Source: Macrostomum hystrix (Eukaryota > Animalia > Platyhelminthes). Taken from it: DNA of 64,000 nt. The position numbers were made by a program, and so were the translations under genes. Below, piece by piece: positions 13,411 to 24,774 of this stretch. The first letter of the stretch is position 1; each line of letters begins with the position of its first letter. Below the pieces are notes generated by a model that made no database searches, was not told the origin of the DNA, and worked only from the letters and a program-made list of their open reading frames with translations. Where the stretch lies: the NCBI GenBank assembly GCA_950097015.1, contig CATNEN010000005.1, positions 4,712,001 through 4,776,000 on the forward strand. The letters are read 5' to 3'.

Positions 13411-13572
13411 CCCAGTGATATCCCATGTGAATTGTCTTTCCTTGCATGTACTTTTATCCTAGCGTGCCTCAGTCCAATTTGCAGCCGAATTAAGCAATTA
13501 CAAGCTAATGATACAAGCTAGACAATTTCATAAGCAGAGAAGCAAAAATAATTTCAGTCGAGTCTTTGCTCG

Positions 13573-16500
13573 TCAAATTTGTGTAACGAATTGGGACACA
13601 CTTGCGCCAGCGACAAGTTGACGATTCTCGGCCAGAGCGTCAGCTTGATCCTCTTCTAGGGGGGCTTGGCTAAGCCGCAGCAACGGAATGGAGGCTGGAG
13701 CGGCGCAACAGTCTCTTTTTACTCGTTCGCCGGACATTTGCTGGCGCCTCTGATTTCCTGCGGCCCTCGAAACAGTCCCTCGGCTAGCGCCTCCACCACC
13801 GTTAGTTAGTTGGCGCTCAGTTCCTGGCTGCCTCTGAAACCTGCTGTGATGACCGTTGTCCCTAGGCCGGCCACAGCAGCTCAACCGCTGGCCAAGGTCT
13901 CTGAGGTCTGCCTGCAGTTTGTAGATAGATAATCAAGGACATTGTCTGCCCTGTAACTCTCCTCTCGTCTCCTCTCCTCTCCTCTCCTCTCCTCTCCTCT
14001 CCTCTCCTCTCCTCTCCTCTCCTCTCCTCTCCTCTCCTCTCCTCTCCTCTCCTCTCGTCTCCTCTCCTCTCCTCTCCTCTCCTCTCCTCTCCTCTCCTCT
14101 CCTCTCGTCTCCTCTCCTCTCCTCTCCTCTCCTCTCGTCTCCTCTCCTCTCCTCTCCTCTCCTCTCCTCTCCTCTCCTCTCGTCTCGTCTCCTCTCCTCT
14201 CCTCTCCTCTCCTCTCGTCTCGTCTCCTCTCCTCTCCTCTCCTCTCCTCTCCTCTCCTCTCCTCTCCTCTCCTCTCCTCTCCTCTCCTCTCCTCTCCTCT
14301 CCTCTCCTCTCCTCTCGTCTCCTCTCCTCTCCTCTCCTCTCCTCTCGTCTCCTCTCCTCTCCTCTCCTCTCCTCTCCTCTCCTCTCCTCTCGTCTCCTCT
14401 CCTCTCCTCTCCTCTCGTCTCCTCTCCTCTCCTCTCCTCTCCTCTCGTCTCGTCTCCTCTCCTCTCCTCTCCTCTCCTCTCCTCTCGTCTCCTCTCGTCT
14501 CCTCTCCTCTCCTCTCGTCTCCTCTCCTCTCCTCTCCTCTCCTCTCCTCTCCTCTCCTCTCCTCTCCTCTCCTCTCGTCTCCTCTCCTCTCCTCTCCTCT
14601 CCTCTCCTCTCGTCTCCTCTCCTCTCCTCTCCTCTCGTCTCCTCTCGTCTCCTCTATTCACCGATGCCAAGTCAACTTACCTTGAACGAGTCGTTCATGA
14701 ATCCGTACACTATCGGATTGACAAAGCAATTGGCCATTGCTGTCCAGTGGAAGATGATGAAGATCCTATCGAGGGTGACTCCGGGCAGCCAGACACTCAG
14801 CTGGGTGTAGTCGGACAGCACGTTGAAGATATGCAGCGGCATCCAGCACAGGGCGAACAGAAGCACGACTACGATAAGCATCTTGACAATCTGGGGGAAT
14901 CGGAATGGGAAAATTATTTTGCTACCCTGTCTGTCATGTTCAATGGATATGACAGTTTTTAGAATCCGTGTCTAACAGGTTTAAAACACGTGTCTAACAG
15001 GTTTAAAACACGTGTCTAACAGGTTTAGAATCAGTGTCTAACATTTTAGAATCCGTGTCTAACAGGTTTAAAATACGTAACTAACACGGTTTAGAATCCG
15101 TGTCTAACATTTTTAGAATCCGTATCTTACAGGTTTAGAATCTGTCTAACAGGTTTAGAATCCGTGTCTAACAGATTTAGAACAAGTATCTAACATATTT
15201 AGAATACGTGTCTAACAGGTTCAGAATCCGTATCTTACAGGTTTAGAATCTGTCTAACAGGTTTAGAATCCCTGTCTAACAGATTTAGAATACGTGTCTA
15301 ACAGGTTTAGAATCCGTATCTTACAGGTTCAGAATCCGTATCTTACAGGTTTAGAATCTGTCTAACAGGTTTAGAATCCGTGTCTAACAGATTTAGAACA
15401 AGTATCTAACATATTTAGAATACGTGTCTAACAGGTTTAGAATCCGTATCTAACAGGTTCAGAATCTGTATCTAACAGGTTTAGAATCCGTGTCTAACAG
15501 GTTTAAAATAAGTGTCTAACATGTTTCGAATCTGTGTCTAACAGGCTTACAATCTGTGTCTAACAGGTTTAGAATACGTGTCTAACAGGTTTAGAACAAG
15601 TGTCTAACAGGTTTAGAATCCGTGTCTAACAGGTTTAAAATAAGTGTCTAATATGTTTCGAAGCTGTGTCTAACAGGTTTAGAACAAGTGTCTAACAGGA
15701 ATAGAATCCGTGTCTAACAGATCTTAAATACGTGTCTAACAGGTATAGAAATCCTTGTCTAACAGGTTTTAAATACGTGTTTAACAGGCTTAGACATTGT
15801 TTACTTCAACGTAAATATAAAGAGTAAACTTGTATTCGGAACGCATAATTTCGCCGCATGAAGCTGGCAGAAAATGAAATCAAGCCTTCTGGAAGCGGCG
15901 AATCTTGTTGTGTCAGAAGTATGCCCCAATCTCGTTGTCAATCTCGCCGAACTGCGCATCTAACTTGGAATTGGCCCATCGGAATTAGTCTTTCGGCTAG
16001 CGAAAAAGTATTCGATCTGAAATTTGCCATCTTTTGTACTCTTGTCTAGAATCCGAGTGATCCAGTTTGACTGAGCTTGGCAAAGCAGAAAATAGACGTC
16101 TCTACTGCTTATCGTCTCATTGGGAAAATCGCGGATTTGCCAAATACTGATCCTGCCTCTCAGTGTGGCTAATGGAAGCTAAATAATTTGATTGCAGAAA
16201 TGCCACATGTCCTGGACAGACACACTCACACACAAATCTGACTTTACTCCGGAATAAAAATAAACCAATCATAGAGTTCAGGATTTCAGATTGGTTTTAA
16301 ATCAAATTGTAATCCCTATTGTTGGATTTCAGATTCGTTTCAAATCCCTATTGTAGGATTTCAGATTCTATTAAAATCCCTATTGTAGGATTTCAGATTC
16401 TTTTCAAATCCCTATTGTAGGATTTCAGATTCTTTTAAAATCCCTATTGTAGGATTTCAGATTCTTTTACAATCCCTATTGTAGGATTTCAGATTCTTTT

Positions 16501-19500
16501 AAAATCCCTATTGTAGGATTTCAGATTCTTTTACAATCCCTAAATTGTAGGATTTCACATTATTTTAAAATCCCAATTGTAGGATTTCACATTATTTTAA
16601 AATCCCAATTGTAGGATTTCAGATTATTTTAAAATCCCTATTGTAGGATTTCAGATTATTTTACAATCCCTATTGTAGGATTTCAGATTGTTTTAAAATC
16701 CCTATTGTAGGATTTCTCCTTGAAGGATTTCTCCCAAACTGACCTATGATTGGCTGTATGTGTAGGTGATACGTGTGAAAGTAGACGAGATTAGTTTTAA
16801 TTAGCTGCTTTGCATCGAAAAAAATGTTACTACAAAAAAAGCAGAAAGGAGAGAAACGCGTTCAAACTGTCCCTTGTGCACTGCAAGTCAGTCATGCTGA
16901 ACTACCGCACTGGACGAAAATTCGGACAGTTAAATGCCGGGATAATTTTTTTCTGCCGACATTTTTGACAGCTTTTCTAGAACAAAGAAAACACCGTAAA
17001 AATTGCCCACTGATTTCCCCCCTTGACCCGCTGGCCAGCAACACAGATCCCAAAAAATCCCCAAAGATCCTCAAAGATTCCAAAATCAGAATGCTAAAGC
17101 TATAGCACAAGACTTTACCGATAAAAATCACGGAACTACCAGGTGTAGAACAAGTTTTCGGACTTGTGAAATAAAAAAAATGTTAACTTTCTCCAATTCC
17201 GTCTTTTATAATCTTTTGTAATCCCTTCTAATGCCCCAATAAAATTTGACGCGTAAATTTTTTGCGTATCGGTCAAAATACAAAGCATGCAACTTTCTAC
17301 AAGTTAATTATTAATTGCCTTTTTTGTCCAAGTTCAACAGCAGCAACTGTACGAACCACTGTCTGTTCTTTTTATAGCCGACAAACACAAGCCAGACACA
17401 TTAATATCTACACTAGCAGAAGCTGGAGCTATATAATTATAAAGCAGGATGTGTTACGCTATTAAAATAGCGTCGACCCCAACCAAACAAGTTGCTCTCA
17501 TTGATTTTTCTTAACGGATTCACTCTAAGGCAACGGTTACACATGTAGTGAATGGGCATATTGAGTGCTTGTGAGAGCACTTTTGCACACACCTGTGCCT
17601 CTAGTAGTGCATTGAATTTGTTCACTGCTGACACGGTGAGAGCGACCACTTGATTAAAATAGATCCGCGACAGTCTTAGACGCTATAGATTGCATATTTT
17701 ACAAGCCAAACCAATTTTTTTACTTAACGTATACTCTTTTTTTTATTAATGTTTTCATGTTTTAAATAAATTTTTGCCATGCTCAGTATTTACTTAAGTT
17801 GCTCCAACAGGCACTCATTATCACTTTATCTGCTTCTGAGCAGGCTTAACTTATCCCTCTCTTCTCTGTCTTCCCCTCTTCTCTCTTCTCTCTTCTCTCT
17901 CCTCTCTCCTCACTTCTCTCTTCTCTCTTCTCTCTCCTCTCTCCTCCCTTCACTCTTTTCTCTCCACTCTCCTCTCTCCTGTCTCCTCTCTCCTCTCTCC
18001 TCTTTGCTCTCTCCTCTTTGCTCTCTCCTCTCTCCTCTCTCCTCTTTGCTCTCTCCTCTCTCCTCTCTCCTCTCTCCTCTCTCCTGTCTCCTCTCTCCTC
18101 ACTTCTCTCTTCTCTTTGCTCTCTTCTCTCTCCACTCTCCTCTCTCCTGTCTCCTCTCTCCTCACTTCTCTCTTCTCTCTCCAATCTCCTCTCTCCTGTC
18201 TCCTGTCTCCTCTCTCCTCACTTCTCTCTCCACTCTCCTCTCTCCTGTCTCCTCTCTCCTGTCTCCTGTCTCCTGTCTCCTCTCTCCAATCTCCTCTCTC
18301 CTGTCTCCTGTCTCCTCTCTCCTCACTTCTCTCTCCACTCTCCTCTCTCCTGTCTCCTCTCTCCTCACTTCTCTCTTCTCTTTGCTCTCTTCTCTCTCCA
18401 CTCTCCTCTCTCCTGTCTCCTCTCTCCTCACTTCTCTCTTCTCTCTCCAATCTCCTCTCTCCTGTCTCCTGTCTCCTCTCTCCTCACTTCTCTCTCCACT
18501 CTCCTCTCTCCCGTCTCCTCTCTCCTCACTTCTCTCTTCTCTCTCCACTCTCCTCTCTCCTGTCTCCTCTCTCCTCTCTCCTCTTTGCTCTCTCCTCTTT
18601 GCTCTCTCCTCTCTCCTCTCTCCTCTCTCCTCTCTCCTCTCTCCTCTCTCCTCACTTCTCTCTTCTCTCTCCACTATCATCTCTCCTCTCTCCTCTCTCC
18701 TCACTTCTCTCTTCTCTCTCCACTATCATCTCTCCTCTCTCCTCTCTTCTCTCTCCTCTCTTCTCTCTTCTCTCGACTCTATCCACGAAATTTTTTGCAT
18801 TCGTATTTCTCTATTATCGATTTTATTCCTTGACACAAAAAACACTTGCAGAGTTCTTTTGTGAAACTTTTTGCGACACAAATATTTCCAAAAGCCTTCA
18901 TCGTTAATGTTTAACAAGCCATATCGGATAAAAAACGCTACCTGAGTGTACTGTTTGGTTGTTTTCTAGTTAATTATTGAAAGACAATTGCGAAGTTGCT
19001 GTCCAACAGTTCTAACAGATTATCAGAACTGTCTAACAGATTATCAGAGCTGTCTAACAGATTATCAGAAATGTCTAACAGATTATCAGAAATGTCTAAC
19101 AGATTATCAGAGCTGTCTAACAGATTATCAGAAATGTCTAACAGATTATCAGAAATGTCTAACAGATTATCAGAACTGTCTAACAGATTATCAGAACTGT
19201 CTAACAGATTATCAGAACTGTCTAACAGATTATCAGAAATGTCTAACGGATTATAAGAGCTGTCTAACAGGTTATCAGAGCTGTCTAACAGATCATCAGA
19301 GCTGTCTAACAGATTATCAGAAATGTCTAAAAGATTATCAGAACTGTCTAACCGATTATCAGAACTGTCAATCAATCAATCAGTTATTTTCTCACCTTTT
19401 TCTTAGCCCTAATGTGCTGATTGTCCCTAGCTTGGTCAGCATTTCCTGGAATGGTTCTCTTCCACAATTGCCTGCCAATGGTGGCATAGGTGACAGACAG

Positions 19501-20088
19501 AACTCCCAGTGGCAGCAGGTAGGTCAATATGAGCACAAACACTGAATAGATTCGCTGGTTCCTATGACTCTCCCAGTGTTCTCGGCACTGATCGGTGTCG
19601 TTCACTCGCTTCTTGCCGCTGACTAGCAGCTGCACGGAGCTCAACAAGAGTGACATTGTCCACAGTGCACAGATGACTAGCTTGGACCGGTTGTAGGTCA
19701 ACCGATGACTCAGCGGATAGGTGACAACCCAGAATCGATCGAATCCAATCACCATGTTGGTGAACACGGACGATGTTACGGCGACTAATTGAAAGTAGCA
19801 AACTAACTTGCACAGCAGGTGTGGCAATGGCCAGCTCTTGGTGTAGACATTCACCAGGGTGAATGGGAGGCAGAAGCAGCCAATGAGCAGGTCTGCCACG
19901 GCTAGGCTGGTCAGAAACCCTCTGAGATCCGTGCGACTTTGCCTACCGAATTTGAACACCGCGATGGCTGTGACATTGCCGACACAGCTCAACAGTACGG
20001 CTGCGGAGTAGAACAATATTGTCAACGATTCTTCCAGACGATGCCGCTGCTGACTATCGTGTAGGCGTTGACTAGAATTCGCTGACAT
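13573..20088 (-). CDS. Class A (rhodopsin-family) neuropeptide GPCR, RYamide/luqin/tachykinin-receptor-like, 3 exons, ~413 aa
   Basis: Exons (minus strand) 20088-19396, 14890-14681, 13911-13573, all phase 0 with GT-AG borders (AAG|GTGAG, CAG|ATT, AAG|GTAAG, CAG|GCA). Motifs: TM1 GN, TM2 SLAVADL, TM3 C..FDRF, TM5 YLLPL, TM6 CWMPLH, TM7 HWTAMANCFVNPIVY. Confidence 0.9.
13957..14655. repeat. Pentanucleotide microsatellite (CTCCT)n with CTCGT variants filling GPCR intron 2
   Basis: About 700 bp of nearly pure 5-bp repeat inside a 769-bp intron. Confidence 0.95.
14955..15790. repeat. Minisatellite, 22-bp unit TGTCTAACAGGTTTAGAATCCG (GPCR intron 1)
   Basis: About 38 variable tandem copies. Confidence 0.95.
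16278..16716. repeat. Minisatellite, 32-bp unit AATCCCTATTGTAGGATTTCAGATTCTTTTAA
   Basis: About 13 tandem copies; each unit has a short internal dyad (AATCC...GGATT). Confidence 0.9.
17856..18778. repeat. Polypyrimidine low-complexity repeat, ~7-bp base unit CTCCTCT with higher-order variants
   Basis: CT-rich tandem array; source of the spurious ORFs at 17779-18907. Confidence 0.9.
19009..19370. repeat. Minisatellite, 21-bp unit TGTCTAACAGATTATCAGAAC
   Basis: About 17 tandem copies ending ~25 bp from the GPCR exon 1 donor. Confidence 0.95.
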
Positions 20089-20364
20089 AGCTATTCAATG
20101 TTGAACGAATTTCGCAAGATGAAGGATTTAGAAAATATTATTCTACCTTCCGTTACAGAATTTTAAAGTGGGCATTTCAGAAGTAACTCGTTTTTTTCTC
20201 TGCCTCCCATTGGCTGAAAATTGCTCTCGACCAATCACGGCTCGTTGCGTGGTATACCAATAGGAAAATAACTCGCTATGTCAGATTTAACTGGCGTTAG
20301 TGGTTTTAATAGCTGGATTGTAATATTCAGCAGTAAGGATATATTGGGGTGTCATTAGATTGAC

Positions 20365-20698
20365 CTGAGTGTCAGCTGATTAACTGGGTTGTCAGCTGAT
20401 TAACTGGAGTGTCAGCTGATTAACTGGGGTGTCAGCTGATTAAGTGGAGTGTCAGCTGATTAACTGGAGTGTCAGCTGATTAACGAAAGTGTCAGCTGAT
20501 TAACTGGAGTGTCAGCTGATTAACGAAAGTGTCAGCTGATTAAGTGGGGTGTCAGTAGATTAACTGGGGGTGTCAGTAGATTAACTGGGGGTGTCAGTAG
20601 ATTAACTGGGGGTGTCAGCTGATTAACTGGGGTGTCAGCTGGATTAACTGGGGTGTCAGCTGAATAACTGGGGTGTCAGCTGATTAACTGTCTTGTCA
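20365..20698. repeat. Minisatellite, 20-bp unit GTCAGCTGATTAACTGGGGT
   Basis: About 16 tandem copies upstream of the GPCR start. Confidence 0.9.
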
Positions 20699-23104
20699 GT
20701 AAAGTCTAGTTATTTATTCTTTCAGACTCCAGTAAGCTTGGTAAACTGTTAATAGATTGTGTAGATGAGATTTTTGTGCACATTATCAAACAAGAGAATT
20801 TCATAGCTCGTCTTATTCCTATTGAAATATCCCAATTCAAGATGAAATATTCAAATATGAAAATTTCTCGCAAACCTCAATGAAATGAACTCAGCCAATT
20901 GTCAAACAAATGAATTTCTTGAGGAATTCAATTAAAAATAGTCTTGAATAGTAGAGTTGACTGTAGCAGACTCTGAATTTATCAAAGGAAAGATTGGTTC
21001 GCAATGAAAGTGTCGGACCAAGCACTGGTTCTGATGTTGACAGAATCAATTCCCACATAGCATAGTGCAATACACTACAGACCCTAGCGCGGGCCCAAAG
21101 CATCCAATAGAAAGATGGTGTTTAGCAATGCTGCCAAAATTGCATATATGTCTAATACTATAGCGCCCCAACAAGTACCCTTAATAATCTCATTCTTGTC
21201 GGCCCTAGCTATATACTATGAGAGTGTTTGTAGGACGGGCGACATGGAGTGAGTCAGTAAAGAGAGACGGGGCGTTGTTAATTAATTGGAATATGTTTCT
21301 TGCTTTTGGCCAGCCTGAGTACAGTGCCCTCTGTTACTGGTCTAATTATTATTCATTTTTTCTATTCCGCTGGGAAACTTTCAGCAACTCTGGGGATCTC
21401 GACATGGACAATGCCCAAATCCCAAGCGGATGAGTCGATATGTATAGCTCATTTCGATAGACTTAGTCTAGAGTTGTGAGTTGTGAGCGTTTTTTCTTAG
21501 AAATTCTTCGATTTCCTAGAAATATCATCGATATTCCGCGATTTCTGAAAACTTAAATCGAAACATTTTCGTTACTTTTTAAAAAAAGATAAACATCTTC
21601 ACGCTTCTTAGAAATTTAGAAGTGCAGTCAATATTTTTTAATAATAATAAAAACGAATGTGCTCGTAGCTTAACATAATTCATACAAGACGTTTATCCAA
21701 AGAAACTATTTTAATAGCGTTAGAATTTACTTATGAGGGCAAATACGAGTTGATATAAATATCGTGGTCAATTATAACAAAATGATAACGATTGCAACAA
21801 GGAGTAGGGTAAATCTCAAAACCAAGTTTAACCCATTATGATATGAATTTTCGGTGAATTTAGGAACAAAAAGGGAAATATGTAGTTAATAAATTCTAAA
21901 TACGTTATCCTATATCTACTTTACATTTAATACAAGCTTTATTTTGCATGGACTTTTATAAAAAAATTTTCGTGCTTCAATCGGTACAATAAAATTACAG
22001 CGTGCTTGTCCGACCACAATTAAAAAAACGAACCAATCGGATTAGCTCACGAAAAGGAAGATTTTTCTGAATCAAATAAGTGAAAATAATCTTAAGAACC
22101 AATTTATTAACTTATTATGGAAATACCACTCACTTGTAAAGCTGTTAATCTATATGTTTGCCCCATTATTACATTCAAACAAGAGTACTTTTGTTCAAAA
22201 AAAACTTGTGGATAATTTTTTTCAAGCAATTCCAATATTTTCAAGCACAAAATGTGATTTTATTAACTCGAATAAAGAAAGAAAAAGTTATTTGTAACAA
22301 GAACATTTTTAAATAGTACTAAATATCATAGTCGCTTTTTAGAAACTAACAAAACAAGCAGTGATTTCCCTTGGAAATCGATAATTTTATACTTTTCGAC
22401 GATTTCCAAGACTAATTTGGTTAATTTCTTAAGCGTAGATACAAATATTTCATATTGATTTCTTTTAAACTTTTAAATGTCTTGTTTTTGGCGCTATTTA
22501 AATTTGACGTGGTTTTCTTGGAAAGTGTCGCATATTCGAATTCGTACGTGGGTTTCTAAAATAATTTGAGGAGACGTAATAAGTAAAATTATAATCATTT
22601 TTTGTTATATTTGTTATAGTAGTCAAAAAAGACTACTGAAAGGCGTTGGAATGAATTCTACGAAAGCATTTGGAAGATTAATCGATGGGTGTAGAAAAGC
22701 GAAAGCTTGCTGGCTTTAGATTATTAAGAAAATGAATATTTCCCAGACATTTCTGTCCGAAACAGATTTATAGAAGTGATTAGCAGTCATAATCTTTCAT
22801 TTGTCTATTTTGTTCAACTTTGCTAAATCATAATTCTTCTAACATGCAGTAGTCTGTAGACAATAGGCCCCTAATTCTGCGGTTGATTGACATGCGATTT
22901 TTTTTGAAGAACACAGATCTTAATTGTTATAAGTACTCGTACATTCTAAAATAAAGTATAAAGTACTAGGTTACTACTAGCTATGTTAAATTAAAAAAAG
23001 CTTTCATTTCGTCAGAGCAAAGTTTTAAAGTTGGGCGACATAACGAGGTTTAAGGAATGACACTGGAGTTGTAAATGAGAGATGATGAAGGATAAAAGAG
23101 ATAA

Positions 23105-24140
23105 TTTAGTGTCAGAAGACATGATGATATGTCAGTAGAGATAATGGGGTGTCAGAAAAGATCATGAGGTGTCAGGAGAGATAATGAGGTGTCAGGATAG
23201 ATAATGGGGTGTCAGGAGAGATAATGAGGTTTCAGGATAGATAATGGGGTGTCAGGAGAGATAATGAGCTGTCAGGATAGATAATGGGGTGTCAGGAGAG
23301 ATGATGAGGTGTCAGGATAGATAATGAGGTGTCAGGATAGATAATGGGGTGTCAGGAGAGATAATGAGGTTTCAGGATAGATAATGGGGTGTCAGGAGAG
23401 ATAATGAGCTGTCAGGATAGATAATGGGGTGTCAGGAGAGATGATGAGGTGTCAGGAAAGATAATGAGGTGTCAGGAGAGATAATGAGTTGTCAGGATAG
23501 ATAATGAGGTGTCAGGAGAGATAATGAGGTTTCAGGATAGATAATGGGGTGTCAGGAGAGATAATGAGCTGTCAGGATAGATAATGGGGTGTCAGGAGAG
23601 ATGATGAGGTGTCAGGAAAGATAATGAGGTGTCAGGAGAGATAATGAGTTGTCAGGATAGATAATGAGGTGTCAGGATAGATAATGGGGTGTCAGGAGAG
23701 ATAATGAGGTGTCAGGATAGATAATGAGGTGTCAGGATAGATAATGGGGTGTCAGGAGAGATAATGAGGTTTCAGGATAGATAATGGGGTGTCAGGAGAG
23801 ATAATGAGCTGTCAGGATAGATAATGGGGTGTCAGGAGAGATGATGAGGTGTCAGGAAAGATAATGAGGTGTCAGGAGAGATAATGAGTTGTCAGGATAG
23901 ATAATGAGGTGTCAGGATAGATAATGGGGTGTCAGGAGAGATAATGAGGTGTCAGGATAGATAATGAGGTGTCAGGATAGATAATGGGGTGTCAGGAGAG
24001 ATAATGAGGTTTCAGGATAGATAATGGGGTGTCAGGAGAGATAATGAGGTGTCAGGATAGATAATGGGTGTCAGGAGAGATAATGAGGTGTCAGGAAAGA
24101 TAATGAGGTGTCAGGATAGATAATGAGGGTCAGGAGAGAT
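23105..24140. repeat. Minisatellite, 20-bp unit GTCAGGAGAGATAATGAGGT
   Basis: About 51 tandem copies with recurring variant blocks. Confidence 0.95.
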
Positions 24141-24774
24141 AAAAAGAATTAAATTTTACACTAACAATGGAGTAGCAGTTCAATTTTGTTATATTATGCA
24201 AGGTTAAGCGGTGCATATTGGTATTTTACCAAAAGCTCTTATGAAAAATGCAAAGAAGCACAAATTAAATTATCTAGATGAGTGGAAATAAAAATAAAAT
24301 CAAATATGAGCCACTCAGAAGTATAGCGATCTGAGACGAATTCTTGAATGTTCGTGAGAAAATTTTGGAGAGGTCTGGTATCGAGTAACTGTCTCTGAAG
24401 GAAATCTATTAAATCAGATTATCAGGTACGTATTGTACTCATGTGTCAAAATATAAGACTTCATAATAATATTTCCATTCAAATATACTAAGTCAATTCA
24501 TTTAAAAAGCAGAAAGTCCTTCAAATACACGCAAAATTTTGAAAACATATTTTAGAATGTGCAATACACTCAGTGCTACGTAAAGTAGTACAATAAGGAC
24601 TTAAAAAACAATAAAATATACTTTTTTTCACCATTTAACTAGCACAATAAAATCCAAGCTTAATATTCCTTATGCTCATGTGGTTCTAGCTTCGATTCCT
24701 GGTCCTTTTCTAGCTTGGATTCCTAATACGCTTCTTTGATTCCTGGTCCGTTTCTAGCTTCGATTCCTGGTCTG

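Noticed and set aside
1169-13521. Long ORFs at 1169-2419, 3004-5070, 5474-6583, 7306-8524 and 12525-13521
   Set aside because: They are translations of stop-free tandem repeats, open in several frames or strands at once, with no non-repeat coding context or splice linkage.
13933-19545. Glu/Arg-rich and Leu/Ser-rich ORFs (13933-14670, 17779-18917, 18974-19545)
   Set aside because: They come from (CTCCT)n, CT-rich and 21-bp arrays inside GPCR introns.
21100-23000. AT-rich stretch possibly holding a decayed transposase
   Set aside because: The portion I translated is broken by stops and I found no recognisable motif or terminal repeats.
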